This document shows positions 8,978 through 18,000 of a stretch of DNA of 51,424 nt, piece by piece (positions within the stretch are counted from its first letter, which is position 1; every line of letters begins with the position of its first letter). The stretch is taken from positions 1 through 51,424 of the IMG/VR virus record IMGVR_UViG_3300044878_000243; one strand, 5' to 3'. Below the pieces are notes generated by a model. That model had not been told where the DNA came from and did no database searches. It saw only the letters and a list, made by a program, of their open reading frames with translations. A program made the translations under genes and the position numbers. The stretch comes from a virus (Duplodnaviria > Caudoviricetes).

Positions 8978-9007
8978 TGTGTAATCCTATAGGGGGTAAA
9001 ACAGAGG

Positions 9008-9169
9008 TTAAACAGGAATAGAAGTATGGGATGCTTTGCGCTCGAGAATACGAATCTTGTCGTAAGCACTTTGAGCGGATATGGCAAAACCGACGCATCG
9101 TTTGGTAACGGCATCGAATATATGGAAGAAGTCAGGGGATGCAGCAGTTGCGAAATAATGCTGGGTCAT
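9008..9169 (-). CDS. Small phage hypothetical protein
   Basis: 53 aa from ATG 9169; first gene of the leftward operon. Confidence 0.6.
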   Translation of the reverse strand: MTQHYFATAASPDFFHIFDAVTKRCVGFAISAQSAYDKIRILERKASHTSIPV

Positions 9170-9382
9170 TTTTATAGTCCAGAAGTCATTGTGTGGCCGT
9201 CTATTCCGACCTGTCATTTGCTCTTTCGGCAACTGGCGCAACCACCAGGATGGATGTCTCAGCCTAGCAATTTACTGACGTAATGGGCGCTTGCTCATCC
9301 AGTGAGCTGGGCCGAAGGTAGAGCCCGCTAACCCACCAGTGCTCCCGAACCGCCACGGTGGCAACAATCTTCACTCCAGGCC

Positions 9383-9518
9383 AACATAGCACCTATTTCA
9401 GCCTTGTCAATATATGCATAATGTTTTTGATGTCAAATAAAGCTCTGATTCGACTGAAAAAATACTTGAAATATTTTTGAAATAGGTGTTGCACTGGCCT
9501 GGCGAGAGTATGTAATAT
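9383..9518. promoter_or_regulatory. Divergent promoter / switch region
   Basis: Leftward TTGACA-N16-TATGTT (9383-9410); rightward TTGCAC-N18-TAATAT (9489-9518); inverted 11-mer CACCTATTTCA 9390-9400 / TGAAATAGGTG 9478-9488. Confidence 0.65.
9411..9438 (+). other. dif-like XerC/XerD site
   Basis: TATATGCATAA-TGTTTT-TGATGTCAAAT matches E. coli dif at 20/28 with the correct 11-6-11 layout. Confidence 0.4.
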
Positions 9519-9550
9519 GTCCATATGGTCACTAGAAAAAGGAAAACAAT

Positions 9551-9856
9551 ATGAACCACCTAGTACATTTCAGGGAAAAGGCAGGAATCTTCCAGGCTGA
9601 CCTGGCAGAGGAATCGGGCGTGTCGCAGACTGCTATCTCGCTCTACGAGCGCGGAATCAGGAACCCTCGAGAGAAAACAGCCGTTCGCCTGATTAATGTG
9701 CTCGTCAAGCACGGAGTCTCATGCACCATCGCTGATGTCTTTCCGTTCCTGTTGCCACATGCTGAGACAATGCGGATCATGCTCATCAGACGTGAGCACA
9801 CGCGCCAGGAAAACATCAAGAAGAATAAAGGGATCCGTGGTACTGTAAGTGCCTGA
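9551..9856 (+). CDS. Cro-like XRE HTH regulator
   Basis: FREKAGIFQADLAEESGVSQTAISLYERGIRNP. Confidence 0.88.
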   Translation: MNHLVHFREKAGIFQADLAEESGVSQTAISLYERGIRNPREKTAVRLINVLVKHGVSCTIADVFPFLLPHAETMRIMLIRREHTRQENIKKNKGIRGTVSA

Positions 9857-9865
9857 TTTGCAGAC

Positions 9866-9998
9866 AAAAAGAAGCCCGGAAGAACCGGGCTCTAGCAAGA
9901 TTTACTGCTCTGGAGTTGACGCTCCTCGGCAGTGGAAGACAAGTAAATAACCACCAAGCCACTTAAATGTCCCAACAACAAGGAATACCCTGATGTCA
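9866..9998 (-). ncRNA. Predicted antisense (countertranscript) RNA to the rep leader and start
   Basis: Minus-strand TTGCAT-N17-TAGAGT with extended TG (10005-10033); minus-strand terminator hairpin plus U-tract at 9866-9893. Confidence 0.55.
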
Positions 9999-11531
9999 AG
10001 TACGACTCTAGCAAGTAATATCATCGAATGCAATATTACACACAAGGCCGTCGAGAAAAAACTTGAGCGCCGCCACGACAACCAGTACATCCCTATCGGT
10101 GTGTGGCTCCATAAAGACCTGTCCATAGCCGAGAAGGCTCTCCTGGTCGACATCAACGCATACGCCATTGAGCGTGGGTACTGCTGGGCCCCTAATGGTC
10201 TCCTGGGCGAATCCCTCGGCCTCTCGATCTCAAGGACATCTGAGCTCGTCGCTAGCCTGCAAGCAAAGGGCCTGATATCCATCGAGTACATCAAGGATGG
10301 CAAACAGCACCTGGAGCGTCAGATCAAGGTCAACCCTGAATTCGACTTCCGTGCGCCTCCTGAGTGGTACGAGGAAGACGAGTCGAATCCGACCGCCCAC
10401 AAGTTCACTGGCGTCAACATTCCCCTCTACATCTGGGAGAACAAGGCTCTGAGCATTGGTCAACGCATGATGCTTGGCCAGATCGCCCTGCTCGAAGGAA
10501 AGATCAAGGGATGCTTTGCGGGCAACCAACACTTCTCAGAGCTGTTCGGCCTGTCAATCCGCCAGGTATCAAGGATCATCTCGTCCCTTTCAGAAAGCGG
10601 CTACATCATCATCCAACAGATTCGGGCCGACAAAAAGTGCGTAGAGCGCAGGATCTACACGGTTCGAGTGCCTGTGGATAAGTCGACTTCAGGACATAAT
10701 CCGAATACCCCCCCCTCTCCGGAAAATGACGTGAACCCCTTCGGAAAACGTCCTGAACCCCTTCGGAAAGTGTCTCGACCCTCTTCGGAAAATGTCCAGG
10801 ATAAAGATGCAGTTAAAGAAAAAGATAAAGAAACAGATAAAGACACAGGCCGCGCTGCGCTTGCCGGCCTCAGGAATAAATCTTTTCTGATCTCTTCTAA
10901 AAACGAAAATCAAAAACCAGAGCAGGAGGTTGGACAAGCAAAGGAATCAGTGAAGCAGAGCAAGATCAACAACCAGCCATCCCTTCGGGATGAAGGGACG
11001 ATCTCTCATGAAGCAAAGGGCCAACCGGCTCCAAGCAAAGCGATCACACCGCGCCAAGTCAAAGATCTGTACGACAAGGTACTGGGCAAGACTCTGTCGA
11101 ACTCAGGAGCTCTGACCACTCAGAAGAAACAACAACTCCTTTCGCTGATCAACCTGCCAAGCTTGAAAAATCAACACACGGGTTCCGCCGTCGCTGAGGC
11201 CGCGTTCTGGGCCGAGCTGTTCAACGCAGTCAAGGCAACCCCTTACCTCATCGGTCGTAACAACGACTCAGGATGGGCTGCAGACTTCGCCTGGCTGACC
11301 CAGGAGCGCAACATCATCAAAGTCCTCGGCGGTGTGTACAACAAGCGTGACAACGCCTTCTACGCTTCGGAGAAGGCCCCAAAGCACGTTGCGCCTTACA
11401 GCCCTGACGGTGTCGATCACTCCCGCGCTGGTCTCAAATCGGCTGGCAAGATCGCCGAGGGTGTCTTTAAGCGTCAACTGACTGATGCCGAGATTCTGGA
11501 AATGGCTGAAGCACAGGCCAGCGGTTACTAA
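9993..11531 (+). CDS. Phage replication initiator (lambda O-like position) with tandem wHTH domains
   Basis: Two similar IP..W..K.LSI...C.A.N..L.E.GLS..S.L...G.I units; internal iterons; C-terminal GRN..GW.ADF.WL motif. Confidence 0.85.
   Translation: MSSTTLASNIIECNITHKAVEKKLERRHDNQYIPIGVWLHKDLSIAEKALLVDINAYAIERGYCWAPNGLLGESLGLSISRTSELVASLQAKGLISIEYIKDGKQHLERQIKVNPEFDFRAPPEWYEEDESNPTAHKFTGVNIPLYIWENKALSIGQRMMLGQIALLEGKIKGCFAGNQHFSELFGLSIRQVSRIISSLSESGYIIIQQIRADKKCVERRIYTVRVPVDKSTSGHNPNTPPSPENDVNPFGKRPEPLRKVSRPSSENVQDKDAVKEKDKETDKDTGRAALAGLRNKSFLISSKNENQKPEQEVGQAKESVKQSKINNQPSLRDEGTISHEAKGQPAPSKAITPRQVKDLYDKVLGKTLSNSGALTTQKKQQLLSLINLPSLKNQHTGSAVAEAAFWAELFNAVKATPYLIGRNNDSGWAADFAWLTQERNIIKVLGGVYNKRDNAFYASEKAPKHVAPYSPDGVDHSRAGLKSAGKIAEGVFKRQLTDAEILEMAEAQASGY
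10708..10845 (+). repeat. Replication origin: four 22-bp iterons plus A-rich tract
   Basis: CGGAAA cores with GG at 10721, 10743, 10765, 10787 (22-bp period), followed by a strand-asymmetric A-rich run. Confidence 0.85.
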
Positions 11532-11640
11532 TCGATATGAAATCCAAGCCGGCTCAAAAGTCGGTTTTATTTCATACGTGTAACCATTTATGGCGACAAA
11601 GCCCATTTAACCTTTTATATACTCGTGTCAATACCCAAAG

Positions 11641-11913
11641 GTGCTTGACATGGTTATCGCTACAAATGACTCCGGATATTGCATCGTATGTCGAATGCAG
11701 GAACAAGAAACGACTGGTGACGTAAAGCCACACATCCTCAATGGCAAGTCCACCCTTATCAATTATCCAGGCCCATGTCCTGTGTCCTTGTGTGATACCC
11801 ATGGCGATATTGAAAAGTTTCTGGATGCTCAAGGCCGTTACGTATTTATCGACATTTTTGGCCTGGATCAGGATCTGATCAACGTGCTTAACGGTATGCC
11901 AAATGAATACTGA
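11641..11913 (+). CDS. Hypothetical protein
   Basis: ORF overlapping the next gene; start uncertain. Confidence 0.45.
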   Translation: MLDMVIATNDSGYCIVCRMQEQETTGDVKPHILNGKSTLINYPGPCPVSLCDTHGDIEKFLDAQGRYVFIDIFGLDQDLINVLNGMPNEY

Positions 11914-12079
11914 ACCAATGGGCAAGCCTTGTCAACACTGCGGCGAACCACTTATCAGCTTTTCCAGTTTGTATCTGCGCATATGCAGCGGCTGCCGTCG
12001 TGAGATGGCCTGGATGCTTGATAAAGGCCAGGTGCCGAATATTTCGTCTTCCAGAGATACCAGGAAATCCAAAGAATGA
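11903..12079 (+). CDS. 58 aa Zn-finger protein (NinF-like pattern), absent from the ORF track
   Basis: MNTEPMGKPCQHCGEPLISFSSLYLRICSGCRRE...; ATGA overlap with the next gene. Confidence 0.7.
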   Translation: MNTEPMGKPCQHCGEPLISFSSLYLRICSGCRREMAWMLDKGQVPNISSSRDTRKSKE

Positions 12080-12351
12080 AAGCACACGAGTTCTTGCAAA
12101 AGGGCCTGGATCACATGCGTGACCGAGCTGTGACTTACGACCAGCCAGAGGGCGAACGCTCCATGGAATCGACCGTGGGCCTCTTCCAGGCAGCAACAGG
12201 CATCGACATGACGCCAGAACAAGGTTGGCTGTTCATGATTCTCCTCAAAGTCGTCAGAAGCCAGCAAGGCGCCTTCAAGGCCGACAATTACGAAGACCTA
12301 GCTGCCTACGCTGGCTTGATGGGTGAAGCCGCTCACGAGCGTCGTGCATGA
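12076..12351 (+). CDS. DUF6378-like phage protein
   Basis: RAVTYDQPEGERSM...GWLFMILLKVVR...DNYEDLAAYAGL. Confidence 0.7.
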   Translation: MKAHEFLQKGLDHMRDRAVTYDQPEGERSMESTVGLFQAATGIDMTPEQGWLFMILLKVVRSQQGAFKADNYEDLAAYAGLMGEAAHERRA

Positions 12352-12728
12352 GTCCCGGCGAAAAGGCCCTGGCGCGCCATCTCAGAGCCGCTGGGATCGA
12401 ATACACCCAGGAGTTCAGATTTGCCGCTGAGTCCGTAGGAGGCCCTGGAGAGGGCGTCAGAGAGCGCTTGGCGACATATGGCCTCAAGGATTGGCGTTCC
12501 GACTTCCTGATCCCGCAGATCGATCTCCTGGTCGAAATTGAAGGTGGTGGGTGGCTGAAGAAGGGCCGGCACACCACAGGCGAAGGGTTTGAAGAGGACA
12601 TGAGGAAGTACGACGCGGCAATGCGAATTGGTTACAACGTTTACCGATGCTCGCCTGAGATGGTCAAAAACAAGATGGCGATCAAAACAATTCAAATCCT
12701 TATCCGGAGCAATTCAAATGGCGGTTAG
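12348..12728 (+). CDS. PD-(D/E)XK endonuclease-like protein (DUF559/Vsr-like)
   Basis: EFRF..WRSDF..LVEIEGG.W..GRH..D..KY. Confidence 0.75.
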   Translation: MSPGEKALARHLRAAGIEYTQEFRFAAESVGGPGEGVRERLATYGLKDWRSDFLIPQIDLLVEIEGGGWLKKGRHTTGEGFEEDMRKYDAAMRIGYNVYRCSPEMVKNKMAIKTIQILIRSNSNGG

Positions 12729-13851
12729 AACAATTAGTGATGAATTGCTCAAGGAGACGCTTGCGCAGATGTCAGTCGCAAAGGCGGCCATCAAACTGGG
12801 CATCACCGAGCGCAATATCTACACGCGCAAGGCAAAGATGGCACGCCAGGGCTGGAGTCCTGACCACGGCATGACAAAGACCGTTCCGGACGGATTTCAC
12901 TTAAAGGGCACCTCGACCCTCTACGATGAAACCGGTGCGATCAAGGCGCAATGGGTCAAAACGAACATCGACCACGAGCGTCAGGAAGAGTTGTTCCGTG
13001 CAGTAATTGAAGCGATGTCCGAGGAAATCCCTCGATTGTCGCCGATCAAGGCTCCTCTGAAGACAAGGTCGGATCTCTGCAATCTGTACACCCTCACCGA
13101 TACCCACGTCGGAGCGCTTTGCTGGCAAAAAGAGGGTGGTGCGGACTGGAACCTCGAGATCGCGGAAAATACCCTCGTCGAGTCGTTCCGTCAAATGATG
13201 GCCGGCTCACCCGATTCGAGCACTGCGGTGCTGTGCCAGCTCGGAGATATGCTTCATTACGACTCGCTGGATTACGTGACCCCCACGTCAAAAAACTTGG
13301 TCGATGCTGCCGGCAATTATTCACAAATGGTCGCTGTTGCTATCCGTATTATTCGTAAAATTGTCGATATGGCGTTGTCGAAGCATGACAATTTACATGT
13401 AATTATGGCCGAGGGTAATCACGACCTGGCCAGCTCGGTTTGGCTGCGCCAGATGTTCGCTGCCCTGTACGAAAACGAGCCTCGGATCACCGTAAACAAC
13501 TCAGAATTGCCGTACTACGTGTACCAACATGGGTCGACAATGCTGGCCTTTCACCACGGCCACAAAAAGAATAATGGCTCTCTGCCACTGTTCTTCGCCT
13601 CGCAGTACCCTCGCATCTGGGGCGACACCACCAAGCGATTCATCCACACCGGCCATCGCCATCACCTTGAAGTCAAAGAACATTCCGGCGCCAAGGTCGT
13701 GCAGCACCCTACCCTCGCAGCACGTGACGCGCACGCTTCCAGGGGTGGTTGGCTGTCGGATCGCCAAGCGTACTGTATTACGTACCATGTACAGTACGGT
13801 GAGGTTGGTACGAATACCGTGTGCCCGGAAATGATCGAGGCGCTTGCATGA
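12718..13851 (+). CDS. Calcineurin-like metallophosphoesterase with N-terminal HTH
   Basis: DTH, GD, GNHD, HGH and GHRH motifs in canonical order. Confidence 0.85.
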   Translation: MAVRTISDELLKETLAQMSVAKAAIKLGITERNIYTRKAKMARQGWSPDHGMTKTVPDGFHLKGTSTLYDETGAIKAQWVKTNIDHERQEELFRAVIEAMSEEIPRLSPIKAPLKTRSDLCNLYTLTDTHVGALCWQKEGGADWNLEIAENTLVESFRQMMAGSPDSSTAVLCQLGDMLHYDSLDYVTPTSKNLVDAAGNYSQMVAVAIRIIRKIVDMALSKHDNLHVIMAEGNHDLASSVWLRQMFAALYENEPRITVNNSELPYYVYQHGSTMLAFHHGHKKNNGSLPLFFASQYPRIWGDTTKRFIHTGHRHHLEVKEHSGAKVVQHPTLAARDAHASRGGWLSDRQAYCITYHVQYGEVGTNTVCPEMIEALA

Positions 13852-14192
13852 AGGACGCAAAACACGTTCTGAGCCAGTGGGGTCGGTGGACTTGGGAGTC
13901 GACGGGTGTGCCACGGTACGTCTCCCCTACCCTCATCGCGATGCAAGCCAACCAGGTCAAAAGTCCGACGAAGTCGCAGATTGTCGACTGTGATGCTGAG
14001 CGCATTTCGGCTATCATTGCCCGTCTTGATCGTGCCCACCCGAAAGTATCGGAATGCCTGCACCTGCACTACAGGTACGGCCTGACTCAGCTTGAGGTGG
14101 CGGAGAAGTTGGATCTTGGCCGCCAGAAAGTCCGAGACCTGCTAATCCAAGCAGACTGGTACATCCAGTCCGAACTTGATCGTCTGTCGTAA
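13848..14192 (+). CDS. Q: Antiterminator Q family protein
   Basis: LSQWGRW N-terminus and sigma region 4-like HTH; last conserved gene of the nin-like block. Confidence 0.8.
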   Translation: MKDAKHVLSQWGRWTWESTGVPRYVSPTLIAMQANQVKSPTKSQIVDCDAERISAIIARLDRAHPKVSECLHLHYRYGLTQLEVAEKLDLGRQKVRDLLIQADWYIQSELDRLS

Positions 14193-14228
14193 GAAATTTT
14201 GACTGCAAAATATTTCAAGGGAAATAAA

Positions 14229-14669
14229 ATGTGTCGCAAGTGTGATGAGCTCAAGGCGCGTGGCATCGTGATGAAGCCATTTGATATGGACAAGGCGACT
14301 CGTGATGCCGCAGACAAAATGGCGGAAATGATCAATAACAGTGTCCTGAAGGATCTGATGGATGCTGCCGACGCCCTTGATGCGCAACCTGTGCCATCTT
14401 CGGGTCGCATTGTTTTCGATCCAGCCGGGAAACTTCTCGGCATGCGTGCGGCAAATCCGTACAGCCACATCCCGAACTACAACCCATTCAAGCGGAGTCA
14501 AAAAGTGACTGAAGAAAAAGCCGTACCCCCAACCACTTCCCTTCCTGTCCAACCTCTGCCGGAGGCGCTTCTGACTGATGAGGAAGAGGATTTCCTGGCT
14601 GCTGTGTCGGCCCAGGAAGTTCCCAAGGCCTGCGATATGGATTCCCAGGGTTGCGAGAGCTGCCAGTAG
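14229..14669 (+). CDS. Hypothetical protein with CxxC at both ends
   Basis: MCRKC... and terminal VPKACDMDSQGCESCQ. Confidence 0.7.
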   Translation: MCRKCDELKARGIVMKPFDMDKATRDAADKMAEMINNSVLKDLMDAADALDAQPVPSSGRIVFDPAGKLLGMRAANPYSHIPNYNPFKRSQKVTEEKAVPPTTSLPVQPLPEALLTDEEEDFLAAVSAQEVPKACDMDSQGCESCQ

Positions 14670-14857
14670 TGCTAAAGTAAAAATGTACGCAGAGCATAGG
14701 TTCCGATACCCCATCATCGGGATGACTGCTAGGTTGCGAAAGAAAGCAAAAGTGATAAAGTAAGGCCTGTTTCCACGAGTTGGAAACAAAAGCTCCGGCA
14801 CCTGAATGGACTGTCGGAAGCGATTCCTGGCGTAAGCCGGGGAAGCAGCGCAAAAAG

Positions 14858-14884
14858 AACGGCCACTTCGGTGGCCGTTTTATT
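14858..14884 (+). terminator. Intrinsic terminator ending the rightward region
   Basis: AACGGCCAC-TTCG-GTGGCCGTT-TT. Confidence 0.85.
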
Positions 14885-14898
14885 GTCTGCAGGTCGCA

Positions 14899-14930
14899 AA
14901 TTATTAATCAATAATCAATAATCAATAATC
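14899..14930. repeat. Heptamer array D (TAATCAA x3)
   Basis: Same unit as the par-associated arrays. Confidence 0.6.
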
Positions 14931-14938
14931 TGTAACGT

Positions 14939-14976
14939 AAAAAACCCCCGGTAACATTGCCAGCGTTACCGGGGGT
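14939..14976 (-). terminator. Terminator of the late operon
   Basis: 12-bp stem ACCCCCGGTAAC/GTTACCGGGGGT with a U-tract on the minus strand. Confidence 0.85.
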
Positions 14977-14982
14977 GAAGTT

Positions 14983-15016
14983 GTGTTACAGGTGTTACAG
15001 GTGTTACAGGTGTTAC
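14983..15016. repeat. 9-bp tandem repeat GTGTTACAG x3.8
   Basis: Seen directly; overlaps the stop codon of the giant gene. Confidence 0.9.
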
Positions 15017-18000
15017 TTGTTGGCTTCCTTGAGTTTCGCCGGGATTACCAGCTTCTTGGCCGCGATCTCTGACAGGTTATTTTTGATCAGTTGGAGACGA
15101 TCAAGCTCCCGGCGCTTGGCATCGGAATCAAGGTCGCTATGCTTGATATCTTCCTGGGCCTTGCTGATCTTCGACATCTTCGAGGAGACCCCTGCGAGGA
15201 TCTTGTACTGGCCCATTTTGTCTTTGTGCTCTTGTGCGTATTCCAGCGCCTCCTTGGCCTTGCCCTGGTCACGCAATTCCGTGGCTGTGACGTAGGCACG
15301 CTGGGTTTCGGTCAGCGCATCGTAGAACATGCCGGTGTAACGGTTGTAAGCCTCTGGCTTGCTCGTGTCACGGTAGAAACGCTTGAATGGCTGGTACTCA
15401 AACACGCTCTTCGACGCGCCCTTTTTGCCGGAAGCTGCATCCCAGATGGCGTCGACCATACCAGCTCCCCAGCCACCGACCTGGCCCAAGTAGCCGTTGA
15501 TCAATGCATCAGCCTTGACCGGCGAGATCGTGTCGCCAGATAGCTTGGAAAGCCCTTTTGCGACACGGGTTGTGTCCAAACGAGAGCGCATATCCACATC
15601 CATTTTCTGCATGTTTGGCGTTTCGATTGGGCGGCCACTGAACGAGTTGTAGTTAAAGTAGGACTCCATTGCTGGGCCAACCGCCTGAGGCACAGGACTG
15701 AAACCAAAGGTCTGCGTAAGGGTAAACCACATGGCCTTACCGAAATCTTTCGGAGTAGCCTCATCGTCGATTACTTGCTCGAGCAACCTCTCAGTCAGAG
15801 TGGCGATAGAGCCAACCTCGAACGGTTTCGGGATGAAATAAGCATTGTCGCCGGCTCGGATGAACCAGTACGAATCCTTTTGCCAGTCATCCAGCTTTTT
15901 GTATTCCTCGTCGTCTTCGTTGACCATTCGCAGCATCATCGAAGCAATTGACAGTGCGCCAGTGACAACAGAGAACCTGGCTGCTGCAGCTTTGTCGCTC
16001 GCCGTGCCTTTGCCGAAGATTGTCTTAACGGTTGGCACAACGCCACCACGATACAGCTTGTCGAGGCCTTGGATACGGGCGTTCAGGAACGGTACGGTGC
16101 GGATCAGGAACCTGGTTGCTGCCCACGAACCGTTTGCCGAGAAGTCCATCAGATCTCGGGCCTCAAATGCAGCAGCCAACTTGCCCTTGGAAAGGTTTTG
16201 CTCCCAGATTGCTGCACGGGAAGCGTTTTCCGTTGCCTCCATGATCGCCCCGTAGGAGTGATCCCAGCCCTTTTGCAACATCTCACCGACTTTCGATGTG
16301 TCTTCCACGATCTGTGCTTTCGACATCGAGTCTTTCATCGTTTTTCGGATGGCCTTAGCATCCGTCGACGATGTGTTGCCATAGTGGAATGAGGCGCCAG
16401 AGACGATCATGCGAGCGCGTTTCTCACGGTCTTTCCACACAGCGATACCCTGTGCAGTGTTCTTCAACGGGTTAAACCCTACCTTCGAGGCAGCCGGCGC
16501 AGCCAGGGCATCACGGATAAGGTTGGCCACGATGAACTGCGGTGTGACGGTGGTCGACTGTGTGAACACCCGCTTGAACCCTGCCATGGCGTTCACGACC
16601 TTGCTATTAGACCCAGGGTCGATCATGGCAGCGATGGCTTCGAAAACCAGTGGGTCGTTCACTTCGTAAAACACGCGCTTTCCGTCACGCATGATGTACG
16701 TACTGGTATCCCAGTCACGCTCGTCAACCGTGACTTCCTTGGCGATTCCGAGCTTTTCAGCGTTCTTCAGCGCCTGAGTTGAAGCCACGTTACGCAGGCT
16801 GTTATCGACCAAGTGGTGGAAGTTGTTGATAGTGTTTGTCAACAAATCGTTAAGGTGCTCGGTGCCGCCTTTAAGTTGTTTGATGGCGTCGGTACGAGTC
16901 AGGCCTTTTTCAGCGGTTGGGCCGTTGTATTCAGGCTTCTCCGCAACCCGATAGAACGGCACGTAGAACTCATCGCGCCACATCGCACGGGTTTCAGCTG
17001 AGATGACACCGGTATTCTCAGCCATTTCCAGGACGTCGTCGCGATACTGTTTGAATTCGCTGTAGACATCACGGTACAGGCTTGCACGATCAGCACCGGA
17101 CTCCGTTTTGCCAGCGTGGTAGTTCTTGAGGACGGCGATTTCCTGATCGTTCAGGAGGTTTTCACGACCCTGTTCCTTGAGGATTTCAGCACGGTTGCCA
17201 GCAATCCAACGGAAGAACCTGTCGATTTCGTGAGCATCGCCCAGGCGATTGAGCACAGAGCCAAGGCCAAGGCTGCCATCCCCGCGCATGTCCATGACCT
17301 GCTCATTTGCGTCCCACTTGACGCGACCGTAGTTCAACATGCCTTCAATGACGCCGGCAGCAGTCGGAGACATGCGGGCACGTACCCAGGCGCTTGAGTG
17401 GATAGCTTTCGACAGGAACTCCGTACCGTGGAGTTTGATGTCCATTTCCTTGAGCGCAGCGTATTTGTCGACAACGCCTTGGCGGAATTTCAGGCCGGCG
17501 CGGTCAGCTTTCCTGCGGAAGTAGTCGAGTGCAGACTCTTTGACAGGGGTGCCACCGGTCTTGCGCCAAACCTCGCGCTCCAGCTCGGTCATGTCCGACT
17601 CAGCGTTGCGGAACGAGGCTTCGTTCTGCTTTGTCAGCCAGCGGCGGGAGCGCTCAGCCAGGGACAGGATGTCCGTGTTCGACCAGCGTACTTTGTTCGG
17701 AAATACGGAGCGCAGGGCTGAGCGCATGCCGGCGATGAACCGATCTACGACAGTGGCTCTACCGCCTTTTTCGATGATGCCAGCAACGTATTCCTCAGCG
17801 ATGATCGAGCGTTGCTCAGCCATCGTCTTGCCCTTGAGGCTCGATGCGTATTCGGCACGAATCCTGTCAAGTTCCGCCTTTCCAGCAGCCTTGCTAGCTG
17901 TAGAGCTGTAGATGCTATCCATCACCGGGGTAATGGTTTCTTTCAGGACGGCATGGATACCACGGTGGCCAACCTCTTCATGGACAACGGTCATGATCGC

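Noticed and set aside
14957-15295. ORF with CYRCYRCYRCY repeat
   Set aside because: It is the translation of the 9-bp tandem repeat and lies antisense to a real gene
12222-17975. Partial AGGTTGG matches at 12222, 13802, 16520 and 17975
   Set aside because: They lack the CAG and purine tail, so they are not counted as motif copies
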